From contig OU015567.1 of the NCBI GenBank assembly GCA_907165135.1, forward strand, positions 11,904,001-11,968,000: 64,000 nucleotides of DNA, written 5' to 3'. The notes below the pieces were generated by a model. It saw only the letters and a list, made by a program, of their open reading frames with translations, had not been told where the DNA came from and did no database searches. Below, one piece after another: positions 13,528 through 25,769 of this stretch. Both the position numbers and the translations under genes were made by a program. The DNA comes from Oikopleura dioica (Eukaryota; Animalia; Chordata). The number at the start of each line of letters is the position of its first letter. The stretch's first letter is position 1.

Positions 13528-15824
13528 ATGAATCGGCATCAGGATTTTCCTCCAGTTGGCCTGCCCTTTTTGCCAGGTAGAGAAAAGCATACCAGTAGAG
13601 AAAGAAGAAGTTCTTTTAAATTCCAAGAGGTGTCGAAGCGCATGTTTGAAAATATTTTTTAGGAAACAGTCTTGTTGACCCGACGAAACAGCGATTTCAC
13701 CTCTCCCAGTCGCTTGTTTATGATAAGGGATACGCGTTGAAGAACCAGCCTCAGTACAAAATTGGAGGAGGGAAGATTGAGCTGTCGAAAATTGACCCAG
13801 CAGAAGTTCAATGCCTTGATAAAGAGTTTGCGGCGCTTCAGGTATTTTTTTTTGTAAAAATATAACATTTGAAGCTGCTCTTGAGCGTGAACTTTTTATT
13901 AAAATTTTTTTCAATTTTCAATTAATCCTGAAAGCAGCGTACTTTGTTCAGTTCTCGGACGTTACTCGATGTGAGGACCCGGGCTTCATCCCGGCGCACG
14001 TGGCGCTCGACAAAAAGGTGCTCCACTTCAAAGGCTACTTTTCCGAAGAAATCATCGACTCGCCGGTCGAGAGCGAGCGGGTTCGATTCCTCGACATTTT
14101 CTACTATCTGGTGGACGATTCCGTCGCTATGTCTGAACCGCAACAGGAAAACTCAGGGATTGTCCAGGGGAAGTTTTTGACGCGCCAACGACTTCCCCTT
14201 GGCCAAGGTGATCGATTACTTTCTTGGAAGCATTTGAATACTGCCATGGATCTGATGGTCTACTCAAAGGTACCCGTTTTGTTGAGTTTCTATTCAGTTA
14301 AGAAAGTTAATTTTGTGGCACCAATTTATCTAAATACTAACTTCCTCTTATTATTAAATCACCCTATGTGGTCTCAAAAGTTCACTCTCCGGATTAAAAA
14401 TATGATTTCTACTTCCGCAACCTAATAAAAGATTACCGATCTATTTGTTCAGAAAGTCCGTCTTTACTGGTGCGATGCTTTTACGCGAGAGTGGCTCACC
14501 TCGGAAGGTATCGAAGTGAATGCAAATGAGTCGTCTCCTGGTGATCGGTACATTTCTTCACGAGAACAACCTGATAGATCTTACGTCTCGCCTTCGGAAG
14601 TTGATTCACTGCATAAATTCTTGACTCTGGATCGAGTTGTGCTGAGATTTTTTGCAATTTGGGATGAGCGAGATCAGCTTTTTGGCGAAGTTCGAAAGGT
14701 AAATACACTTGTTCTAAGACTTGTTCTAAATTTGAATATTGAATGTGGCCTTGAAAGAGAAAATTAGCATATCTCGAGTGTTTCAATTTTTAGTTCATTG
14801 TGCACTTTTACATGGCTGACGATACGCTGGAGATACGGGAAGTGCACCAGGCGAACAACGGGCGCGATCCCTTTCCCATTTTGGTCTCGCGACAACGCAT
14901 GCCAAGACATTTGGTGGCGAAGACTTATCCTTCCGTCGAAAAGGATATCGTCTCTGGTAGGCGTTCTCAGCAATGTCAAGGATTCTACTTGTTTTAAGAG
15001 TCGGTTGGATTCTTCGAGGCCACGGATCTGAGGGTTGGAGAGAGCATCTTTGTGAATAACAGAAACATGCTGTTGTATGATTGTGATGGAGCTACTCGAC
15101 AGTTCTCCCAAAGTAACAGTCAACTGCGACAATTCTTAATTTACTTCAGCAAAACTTGGAATCGTCCAGCCAGAAGCAGTGAGCATCGATCAGTACTTCA
15201 AACACCCCGATCCCCCAGTAGCTGCTGTCCCCGACTGGAATGGTTTTGGATCGCTAGAAGATTCAGAAGAGAATTGCAAGAGAATCGTACCAGACCGACC
15301 GAGAAAGAATTACTTGAAAATGCTCCTCGCTGGAAATGAGAAGCTCAGATTCAAGGCTAAAATGGTAGAATATCGCTAGTTGATAAATGAATGTTATTTA
15401 AGATTTTTAGGTCGGAAGGAATGAAATGGATGATATGAGAGTGTTTGTCTTTGAAATTCGTCTAGCTGACGATTTGATTTGTATGATATATATTATTTTA
15501 CTGATGTTAATGTTTTCTCTAGCTATCTTCGAAACAACCCCTAGAAACTCAGGAATGCGAAGTGGTCGATTCCTAGAGCCATCAAGAATAGCCAAGCCAA
15601 ACTCAGATCCAAACTACCCAGAATACTACGCTATTCCCGACTTTTGTATTGGTGCCGAACTAACAGGTAAAGCTTCAGCTTCGAAGTAAAGAAAATAAGT
15701 TTCTTTTTTAGTTTTTGCAAATCGATTTGTCATCACCGAAGCTGATTTACACGTGAAAAATTGGGTGACGGAAAACGCCGCGTCGCTTCCATCTTCATTT
15801 GTTGAAAACATTCAAGCTTCATAG
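13528..15824 (+). CDS. EFHC1: EFHC1/RIB72 microtubule inner protein, three DM10 domains, no C-terminal EF-hand
   Basis: MNRHQDFPPVGLPFLPG; FIPAHVALDKKVLHFKGYF...SEPQQENSGIVQGKF; VLRFFAIWD...HFYMADDTLEIREVHQANNGRDPFP; WNGFGSLEDSEENC; IFETTPRNSGMRSGRFL...YYAIPDFCIGA. About 9 exons; stop TAG 15822-15824. Confidence 0.93.
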
Positions 15825-18370
15825 AACTTTTTTATAAACACTGTATTGAAGAAAATAAAATATATTTTTGTAAGAATCATATTCAATAGTAGTTCATAAA
15901 ATTGAACAAAAAATCTCAACATTCAAAAATTTCATGTTTTCTCAAAGTCCATCCTCAAACATCTGGCGCTACCGCAAACATAGTAAAATGGTAAAACTAA
16001 CGTAAACATCTTCTGTGATTGTGGTCGCGTGGTTTTGACTTGACATTGAAGACTTGCACAAATCCTCACAACAGCCAACCACAAACACACCTGTCTTGAA
16101 TTGCTCCAAAATTAACGCGATCTCATTCTTGCAAAAATGCTTGAAACCGGCAAAATATAGATCATATCCCACGTTTTCGTGTTCTACTTCGTATCTTGTG
16201 ACCTTTTGATTAATTCACCCTAAGTTGTTTCTTCTTGCTGTCGAAAGTGCATTTCCATTTGCGCCTTATCTTACAATCTGCCCGTGAGGCCTACATACTA
16301 GGTAGTACCTTTCTCAATCGATCGATAAATAATTTCTCGATATAAAAAATAAAAGACATCCTCTTTAATACTTTTCCTAGACACAAATATCCAGATACAG
16401 AGAAAGAATTAACAGAAGTAAGCATTTCCGGGCATTTTGTTCAGTGTAGGACTCATATATTTTTAAACCGATTGGTTGTACAGAAATATAAGGCATTTTC
16501 CTGTTCACATTTTGTGATTTGTAGACGCCTGAAGCAAAGATGAATATTCAATAGCTCTTGAAAAATTGATCCCTGTTCTTTTCCCCGCATCTCCAAGAGA
16601 AAGGGCTAAATATCTATGCAAAATCGACAAGAGAGGATAAATGATACCGAAAACATGCCCGACAAAAAGGAACCGTTCTCTATTTTACCATTTTCCAATT
16701 CTTCAGTACATTTTCTTAAAAATGATCGCACGAGTAATTAAGTCAAGAGTATACATAATTGAGTTAGAACAAAACTGTGTGCCACGGGACGAAATCTGTT
16801 AGTTAGCTCCTGAACTCTCGAGATGAGTGTTTAACACTTGCTTTAGAGCCCTAGCATATTTCTAGCTTTTTTTTCTGGGCATGGAATCAACAACGAGAAC
16901 GCGAAATGAGCCGCCGATTTATAATCAGCTTTTGCTTTACTTTGGCATTTTTAGGCAGAGATAGAAATCAAAGAGAAAGTTAAAAAAAGAATCAACGAAA
17001 AAAATCGTCCAAGAAGCAACCTTATCTATCTCTTTTTCTAAAGCACATTTGTTTTCATCGTCGTCTTCGTGTACTTACTGACCCCAGGACTGACAGACCC
17101 ATTTGAAGATGAAGTCCCTTCAACCTCGAGTACCTTTAATTCTGTAATCAAGGAAAGAGTTCCATCCAATCAATCACTCTTGACCACAAATGTGGTCAGT
17201 AGAACTAAAATGAACAACAGTTACTCTTCGTTGTTTTTCTTTTTGGAATTCAAAATAGAAATCGAATGCTTGGCTTGGACTGGGAATGCTTTTGCTTGTT
17301 CATGTGATGGTGATGATTTTCATTTTTTGCTCGGGATATCTAGGAATGGAATCGAATGACAATTTTCGCCCATAATGTCGATGGATAAAAATTCCACCGA
17401 AGCTTCACTACGCAATTCTGCAAAATCAAACGGGGCGAAGAATGTTATTTCATATACGGCCGGTCGCCGCTGGTCCCAATTTTCATCGCGATTTCCTTCT
17501 TCCTTTCTGAGTCGCTGCCACTCTTCTACATCGCAATATAATGTTTAGATATAGCTTGTACTTTTTTATTTTGCCAATAAAGACCCGTTTTTCCAGTACT
17601 TCAAATCGAGAAACGAAACAAAGGAAGATATTTATTCAGATTGTTTTAGCGGGCTTTTCGCTCTTCTCGTTTAATTATTTATTAAAAAACCTTGTGCAGA
17701 CTCTATAAAGTCAGCAAAATAAACTGCCAGAACATACAGCAGCACTCATCTTCAATTGGAAATTCAAAATATCTCTTGATGGCTGAGTAGTAGAGTTCAC
17801 TGAGTGAACTTATAGCATCGAGTCTTTGCATAAATAATTTGAAGGTAGACTTCCGCTGACGACTTTCTCAATAGAGCAACCTTGAAGACTGAATTCAGAA
17901 GGTAAACTTGACAATTGTCTCTTTTGAAGAATCTTGCGGAGATGAGTTTACTGGCATTGGATTAACTCGCTCTTTCTCAAACGTTCAAGGGCACTTTTTG
18001 TACTAATCAGCTGCTCATCACTCCTAAGCGCTTTGATTTTTGACCTTTCAAATCTTAATTTACCCATGGGCTCGCAGTAGTTTCGCAATCAAAGACCACC
18101 CAGGTTTGGCTGCTTGGAGTCCTGTTCTTTCCAGTTTTCATTGATTCTAATACCAATTAGACTAATTATATGGATAGAAAAAAGAATAAAAAACATCTAG
18201 CTGACATAGTAGATTAATGTCCTTTCTATGTCATTTTGACCTCCAAAAGCTTCGCACAAAGCTCTACTTTCTTCGGGATTCAACGAAGATTTTGAATGAA
18301 GCGTGGTTTTTATGTAAATAAGCAGCGTTTATTGATGATATCATTTATATGTACAGTATTTTTGGAGCAG

Positions 18371-18710
18371 TCAAAACGAAATCGCTTTCACAAGTTTATC
18401 ATTTTTTCTCTTCTTCATCATTCGATCTAGCGTTTCAGGGAGAAACATGTAGTACTGGTTGTTCTGTAGGCTTTTTGGGTGCACTTGCATCTCGCTTAAT
18501 TTGAAGTAGTTGAGTTCCAGTCGGATTTCAAGTTTTTGTTCTGGTGTCAGTTTCGCCCATTTTTGCTGAAATAATAGATAAATATCGGTTTTCATAAAGT
18601 TGATTGGCAGAAAAATTTTCTAAAGAAGAAGTTCTTACCTTGCCCTTTCGGTCGTAATACGGGGCTTCGGAAATGTCGAGTTCAGATTTGAAAGTCACTG
18701 GCTTCTTCAT
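18371..18710 (-). CDS. 88-aa protein consisting only of a PHACTR-type C-terminal PP1-binding domain
   Basis: Exons 18710-18639 and 18565-18371 (73-nt GT-AG intron, phase 0) give MKKPVTFKSELDISEAPYYDRKGKQKWAKLTPEQKLEIRLELNYFKLSEMQVHPKSLQNNQYYMFLP..., aligning with the PHACTR C-terminus ([49 protein letters not shown], from memory). Confidence 0.85.
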
Positions 18711-19930
18711 GCGATCTCGTGTAAAAATTTTGTTGTCTATTTTTTATTAGAAAATTCTGCTGAAAAAATCCGAGAACTTAATTTTATACTAATGCTAGAC
18801 AACTAGATGTCGCGAGCGCGAGGGCGCCGGAGACCACTCCTAGAGAAGACTTTACTCTGGCTTACGGCGTGAAGGGCAAATAAAACCTGTTTCTACTGGG
18901 TCTTCAAATACAGAAATCTTTCATGGTAATAAACTGTATTCAGCAATATTAAAATAGTTATTATGATAGTCTTTCATTATTAAAATGCAACTGAAAAGGA
19001 CTGTTTTAAATGGTCTATTACCTTTGACCGTGAGAATATTTGTCCTCGCTAAACTTGCAATGACTCCAGGAGTCCTGATAGAAAGGAGAATATAAACTTG
19101 AGATTCGCATGAAACTCATGTGAAAAACACTAACCGTACTTGACGAACACAGTACACATTGTGTACTACACAACTTTAGTAACCCTGAAGAGATGGCGAA
19201 AAGCTTCTCTTGATGTTACATCAATGCAAATAAAAACATAAAATATTCATGGCTGCAATTCAATATCGTTTATTGCTTCTCCTACGATCTGATGCTTTTG
19301 ACGCAAATTTGACTCGTTTTTAACACGTTGCTATTTAATAAAGAGCTATTTAATAATATTATCATGAAAATTTTATTTAGCCAAATCTTTTTCATGAGTG
19401 AAACTTGAAATTTGTGTTCGATAAAGAGGGGAATTTCTGCATGAAAGAAACAGTACAAATAAGATAACCCTTTGAGCAAATATTTTCAAAAACTCTAGTT
19501 CAAACTTTTTGGGTCAAACATTCAAAGAAAGTTAACCCTAATCTTGTTTGTTGCGAATTGAAATTATGCATCATTTTTCGATTGACAGTACATAAGAACA
19601 CAAATACGCATGTACCTTGGATAGCCAGAGCGCTTCGGTAGAACACATGATTCATGCGCTCTTTTTGTAAATACATTTGTTAGTATTTACGCAAAAGCAT
19701 GAATCCGAACAAGATTCTCCTCCTTTTTGAAATAGAGTCTCTATGGATACAATCCTTGGACTTTAGTTTGAGCTTGATTTTCGAAATCAATGATGAAATC
19801 AATCAGAATTACGAAAAATTAGTTTCTAAGTGTTGCACCAAAATGAGACATCAATATGGTTCGACAACGGAACAAATATGAAAGAGAGAGACTTTATTAC
19901 TGAGGCAACACAGTTTTTTTTTTCGAAATC

Positions 19931-22800
19931 TTATTTCCCAAGAACATATTTTGCCACTTCGATGAGGCCAGCCTTGACTTCGTCCCAAACTGGCATGATT
20001 TGGTCAGCTTAATAAGGGCCCATTTGCATTTTCTTTGAACCAGATCATATATCTACAGAGTTGACCCTTTTAACAGATTGTTTATCTAATCTAACACTGT
20101 ATGTTTTCAAAGTACAATTTTTTTCGACTGTAAGAAACAGCCTTTGTCATCTGACTCCCGAATGAAAATGGACCCTTTCATGGAAGCAAGAAACCATACT
20201 CGCCAGTATCGCGCAGCTCCCAAGTCCAGGACAATGGCACCTCGTGAGGATTTTTGACTTTGGAGGGCGTTGGAATGAAATAACTGTATTGTGGCATTAT
20301 TAAAAACGATAAGACGCGTGATCTTGATGCATTAGCGCTTGCATTAGAGTTCACGTGACTAGTTTGAGTGACTTTGTGTTGAATATTTAGCAATTTGAAT
20401 TTCAAATAAATTAGTGAAGGTGTAGTTTCGAAATAGATAAAGAATACTTTCTAATCATTGTTTTGTGGCCTCAAAAGTGATAATGATGGCTCATAAACTA
20501 AGAACAGGAATAGTAAGCTACTAGTGTGAACTTTATGTGACTACTGCATGCGTTGCAATAACACCCTCAACTTGAGGGCCTCAAGTTTAAAAACCCGCCT
20601 CAAGCACATCCATCGCATAATCTTTGCTCGTGCCAGAAGAGGGGTACAGACTATCTCTGATATATGGGTGACAACTGGTACATTAAAATTGAAACTTAAC
20701 GCCTAATGAACGAACTCTAACAGTTTCATGTTTTCTATATCACGAGGATTTCGCAGCTTTCATTCATCTAAAGAAGCATTAGCCTGGTAAAACACCGCGC
20801 AAGTAATCGAGGCCTAAGTGCCTCTCATGAAATTCATAAAAGGAAGCCGTAGAAATTCTCATGCTCGGTCTAGCACCTTCTATCCCATTGTCGATCTCTG
20901 TCGACACTTTATTATTACCCGTCCTAGATTGACCGTAGAGGTAGGTTTCGCCATGCTGTTCTGTCATGGCCTTTTAGAGATCAGTGTATATTCGAGATGG
21001 TATAAAATAATTAGGAGCGGATCGGAATGATCCGCGATTCCAAATGTCAATAGCGAAAAAAATCGTCATTCTAATTCAGTCATTTTTGAACATTCAGTTA
21101 TACATAAAAGGTGAGATGTTCCTTTGTTATATGTACGATAATACTGTGTTTAGTACAGAATAGACTGTATACTCCGCCTGGTGGGCTCGAGACTTTTTTG
21201 GCCTAGCAGTCATGGAAGATCTCTTCCTGAGACGCAGCTGCTCCAGCTGCCTGGAGTTCCTCAAGAGTTGGTGGCTCGTCTGCTATGATAGAAAAGTCCA
21301 CTGCCCAGCTCGACAGAAGTTTCTGAGCGTACGCATGGAAACTGATATAGACTTCGATTTTTCCTTGTTCATGAATTGAGCCAATGGTCGTGTTCCAGGC
21401 AGCCATTTCTGATTCAGTTTGATCACGGAAAAATAGCCGGGCATCTATTTTAAGGAAAGAACGTCATGAAAAATGTCGACTCAACTCCCTTCCTATCCGT
21501 GGAAAATAATCTTTGAAGAATGAAAAGTAGTGAGTCTCAAACTGTTCCTGGTTCAGAAAATGGTCCAGTTCCGTAGTAAGTATTCGAACAAGGCTCACCC
21601 GATGCTCCTACAGTAGACCAGGCAATATCCGAATTCCTGTTCAAATCAACGCCCTTGCAAATACTGTCAGACGGAGCTTGAGAAACTGTCAAACTAGAGA
21701 GACGACGTAATCATTAAAATCTTGAGTCTCAATACGTGCAAACAAACGTACTAGAGCGTATTCAAATGATCGTGAGAAAGAAAATTCCATGAATTTTTCT
21801 CAATATAAACTTGTTGTATCTTTTTATCACGTTTTCGCTCAATAAGCTCCTTTCCTTCCTTGCGTAGGAGTTCTATTCTTTCTCCACATTCTGTCAGTTG
21901 TCCAGTTGTATTCGTAGCCATCCGGGTTAAGATTTGGCATGATATACCAGTTGAACTCGTAGAAATTCGAGAACTCAGTATCGCAGGATGCATCGTTTGC
22001 CGCGCATTCCGCCAGGTTGATCAGCAAGTTCCGGCAAGTTGCATGAGAAATGAATTCTCGGGAGTGAATCCCACAATCAATCACAATCCATGGGAGGTCT
22101 TTGGATGGGTTCCGCAAGCTAAAGCCTTTCATTGCTCGATTTTCGTAAGAGCGGCCGATTTCCTCCTGGCGTAGGACAAATCCGTTGTCCAAATCGGAAA
22201 AACTGATTGCTAGCCAGTCAAACCATTCGTCGAGCTTTTCTTTGATTCTCGAATAGATAAAAAAATCAAATAACAATTGTATTTCCGGTTATGATAATCA
22301 GTTCCTGATCGTTAGTTAGATACTGATCATATTCCTCCAAATAAAGCCCAGTCGGTACATCTGGCTCCGGAATCGAGAATCTTGATGATTTCACTGACTC
22401 GATATCATGGAAGAAATCATCCATTGCTTTTCTTGAGTCATCAAAAACATTGCTTTTAATAAAGAAAAAAACTGAGCGACTTTTCCTGTAAGGAGAACAT
22501 GATGGTCATCTTGGCTAACGATAAATTCAACTCGCTGCTGGTCAAGCTGCCATTCATCTGATTTTCGGGTTAATATGCTAATTTAGCCAAAAAACAATCA
22601 AGGACAGTCCCGAAAAAGAAGGTGTGATCACCGCTGAATCAACACACATGGGATTCATTACCATAGGATGGTAGCGTTTCGAGATAGCTAACAATTTTCC
22701 TGCCGACATCAGCGCTCTTGAAATCGATCGAAATCTTCTGGTATCCTGAATAGTCCTTCCAGCAGGATGCCAGACCGAGCAAAGATGGAAACGGTTTCAT
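19931..22800 (-). CDS. M14A zinc metallocarboxypeptidase (CPA/CPB/CPO subfamily) with signal peptide and prodomain
   Basis: DCGIHSREFIS (HxxE), NLNPDGYEY...DRMWRKNR, GVDLNRN, PFSEP, ISFHAYAQ, LYPSSGTSKDY, WELRDTGEYGFLLP, final exon DQIMPVWDEVKAGLIEVAKYVLGK* (20007-19931). Confidence 0.92.
20008..20179 (-). other. Non-canonical GA-AG intron (172 nt) in the carboxypeptidase gene
   Basis: Unspliced reading stops at GFLLP*. Splicing CCA T|gaaagg...ttaag|CT GAC CAA restores GFLLPSDQIMP, matching the conserved GFLLPASQIIP. Confidence 0.8.
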
Positions 22801-22989
22801 TTTCTCTCTTGCGAGTGAGACACATTCCTCTCTGAATCTACCGGTCTAACATCTGCTCGACTCTCATGTTTTTGGTGCGCGTATGATAAATGTTGCTTTT
22901 CCAGAGCGCATTCTTCACAAATAGTTATTTGGAATTTTGAAGAATATTTATTGAAAGGCACTTTGGAAAGAAAATCGTACAGAAAAATA

Positions 22990-25116
22990 TCAAACCCAAA
23001 CTTTGACAGTTTGATCTACAGACCCGCTGAAAACTCTTCCTCTCGAAACAGCAAGCGAGGTTACATTCCCTTGATGTCGGTCGAGAATCTGAAAATCATT
23101 ATTGATTGCTGAACGAAGTAAATTATTCTTTACCTGAGCGCAGAGCTTGTTCTCCATGCTCCAGACTCGTAGACTTCTGTCTGCTGAAGCTGAAAACACA
23201 CGCTCACTTTCGCCTATTCTCAGACTTCGTATCGAATGGATGGTGCCAGCATGGCCACGTAGCCGGCAGAGAACTTCCATATCTTCATCGTTGTTCCACA
23301 CATGAACGATTTTTTCATCCGTACCAGCAAAAATGTATTCTTTCGTTATATGAAGCGAATAGACTTCGCCTTTTTGAGGATCAAAATTTGAAATCAAGGA
23401 AGACTAATGATCTTTTGAAATCCAAGCCTTGCATCGTTACTTGCTTTAGTAACTTGAAGCTATCAATATCCCAAATCGTTATCAGCTTCGTAGAACCGCC
23501 ATAAAGTTTCTTATCCGAAACTGCTAGTGATCGAACATAGTTTGAAACATCCTTCAACTCTTGTAAATATTCGATGGGCGCTGAAATGCTCCCGTCATCG
23601 GAAATTCAAAATAATGGAAGCCAACCTTTTGAGTCATTTGCTATTGGGAGATCTTGAATCTTCCAAACTTTAACACTGTTTAATGATCCAGTAAACAGGT
23701 ATTTCGATGTAGCTGCTATTGAGCAAACAGCCTTGTCGTGCGCCTTGTCGATTCTATGGACAAAACTGAGCTTTGTGACGTTCCAAAGAAGAATTGATTG
23801 ATCCAAGCCAGTTGAGTAAAGCTGCTGATTTTGAACAACCATCGCTAGAATCGGCTTGGTATGACCTTCGAGGGTTTTCTGGCATCTGAAAGTCTGCGTC
23901 GTATCCCAGCATTTGATATCAGCATCCCCACCCCCAGAGAAGAGAACATCTCCGGTCATCGCCAGACACCAAACTTGGCCTTGATGACCAACAAACGTTC
24001 CCTTGACTTTGAAGATTTTCCCTTGTGGCTCATGAGTCGCGAGTATTCCAGCGTTGAATTTTGCTGTCAGGTCATTAAGTTGATTCGATAGAAGACTGAC
24101 TTCACTTCGAAGATCACGCAGCTCTAGAAAATGTTGAAATCAGTGTTAGTAAAATTTAAAAAACCGGATTCGAATCTCGTGACAAGATTCGATGAAGAGG
24201 TATTTTGCTGAAGATCGAGTGAAAGCTTTTTGGTTCATTTCCAATTGTTACTCAGTTTTCGTCAATAAAAATCAAAATGAACTTCCTTCCTGACTAATCC
24301 GATCGTCCAATCTTTTGATGCTCGGGATAATTACTTTGTCATCTCTTTCCTTGATCTTGTTGTCTATTGCCTGGCTGAGGGAATCTCCCATGAGTGCAAA
24401 GATGCATCCATTTTCATGCTCTTCTATTGTATCCTTCTCGCCTATTTTCGGACATCCGCTTTTGTTAAAGCTGCATCGTCTGATTGTGCACTCTTCAAGG
24501 TGCTTTGCTAGCTGGTGTTTTCGGAGACCGGTGCAATTTGGTGAGTTGGGACAATTAGCCGGCGCGTAAACACATTCTTCACGATGTCTTTTTCTTTCAG
24601 AAAGCTTGAGAACCTCTGGGCATCCGTCTGGATCTTGTGTACCTTCTTCCGAAATCCCAAAGTCGCAGTAAATATCCAACTGGCCAATTTGCTCCGCCAA
24701 TGAAAGATTCTCGACGACCATCCTCATTTCAGCCCCGCATTGACTGCATCCTCCAGTTTGATGGGTACAAGCCCGGCAAACTGTATGACCGCAAGTGAGC
24801 ACCACGGGAGTTCTGAAAACTCCCTCGCAAAGTTTGCATTTGAGAAAATCTGGCGGAGGCTCGACAAACCAGTAATCTTCATCTTCGTCGTCGACGAGAT
24901 CGGAATATCGCTCGGATGCTATTGGTCTTCTTTATTTATTTGAAAATATATTTTACATGAAGGTTTATATAAATAACTAAATCCACAAAAGTACTCTGCA
25001 ATTTTTATAGAGAATGTACCTATAGTTCTGCTCGATTTGATAGAAGTCTTGTTCACCGGCGATCCCAAATTCGACCTCAGCGAAGTAATCGAAGCAAGGC
25101 TCGTTCTGTTCGACAT
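22990..25116 (-). CDS. TRAF7: TRAF7-like E3 ligase (RING, TRAF-type zinc finger, coiled coil, WD40 repeats)
   Basis: WFVEPPPDFLKCKLCEGVFRTPVVLTCGHTVCRAC (RING); ENLSLAEQIGQLDIYC; CVYAPANCPNSPNC; WD40s FVGHQGQVWCL, LFSGGGDADIKCWD, FSGSVDQTVKVWV*. Confidence 0.93.
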
Positions 25117-25769
25117 TCTTGAAATTCTCTTTTTTCGCGATTCAAACGTTGCGCAACTTTCATTGCCCAGCTCAGCCCCGCCAATTGAATTCACGCGCTC
25201 GTGAAGCTATTTTCTCAGCTCTGGCTTTGCTTTTTCGTGGATGATTAGGCCTGGTTTTTAAAGGACGTTTTAGCGAAGATTTACAAAAAAAATAGATAAT
25301 TTATTAATGAAATTTAATTGAATAAATCCTTTTCTCCTTAAAATAATCTACAACTCAATTACTTTTATCATCCTCGCGGATTCTACTTAAATAGGCGGTT
25401 GAAAGTAAATAAATTACCGACAAGAAGTATTATTTCCGGATGCTTCTCTGAGGTTGCGTTTTCTTCCGAGCGGTCTTCCAGCTCGGAAAATAGCGCCCCC
25501 GCGCCCCTTCTCCCGGAGGACCTATCTTCGGAGGCTTCAAAAATCTGGAACGGGCCGTGACATTGGCACAAGGCCAACAGCCCTTCATCCCGTTTCTGTC
25601 TTTTCTGAAGCGAGAATTTTAAAAATTCCACGGCGGGCAAAAAGCAGAGAAAAAGAGAAGAAAATGAAGTAAATAAGTCGAGGAGTGGAAAAAAGAAGCC
25701 GAAAATCAATGAAAGAATTGAAAGAGAGAAGCGATGAAATATGAAGAGACTCTAGTGGAACAGAAGAAA

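Noticed and set aside
20660-20930. GA donor after GQSR in the carboxypeptidase
   Set aside because: A GT donor four bases later with the cagag acceptor also restores the frame, so it is ambiguous.
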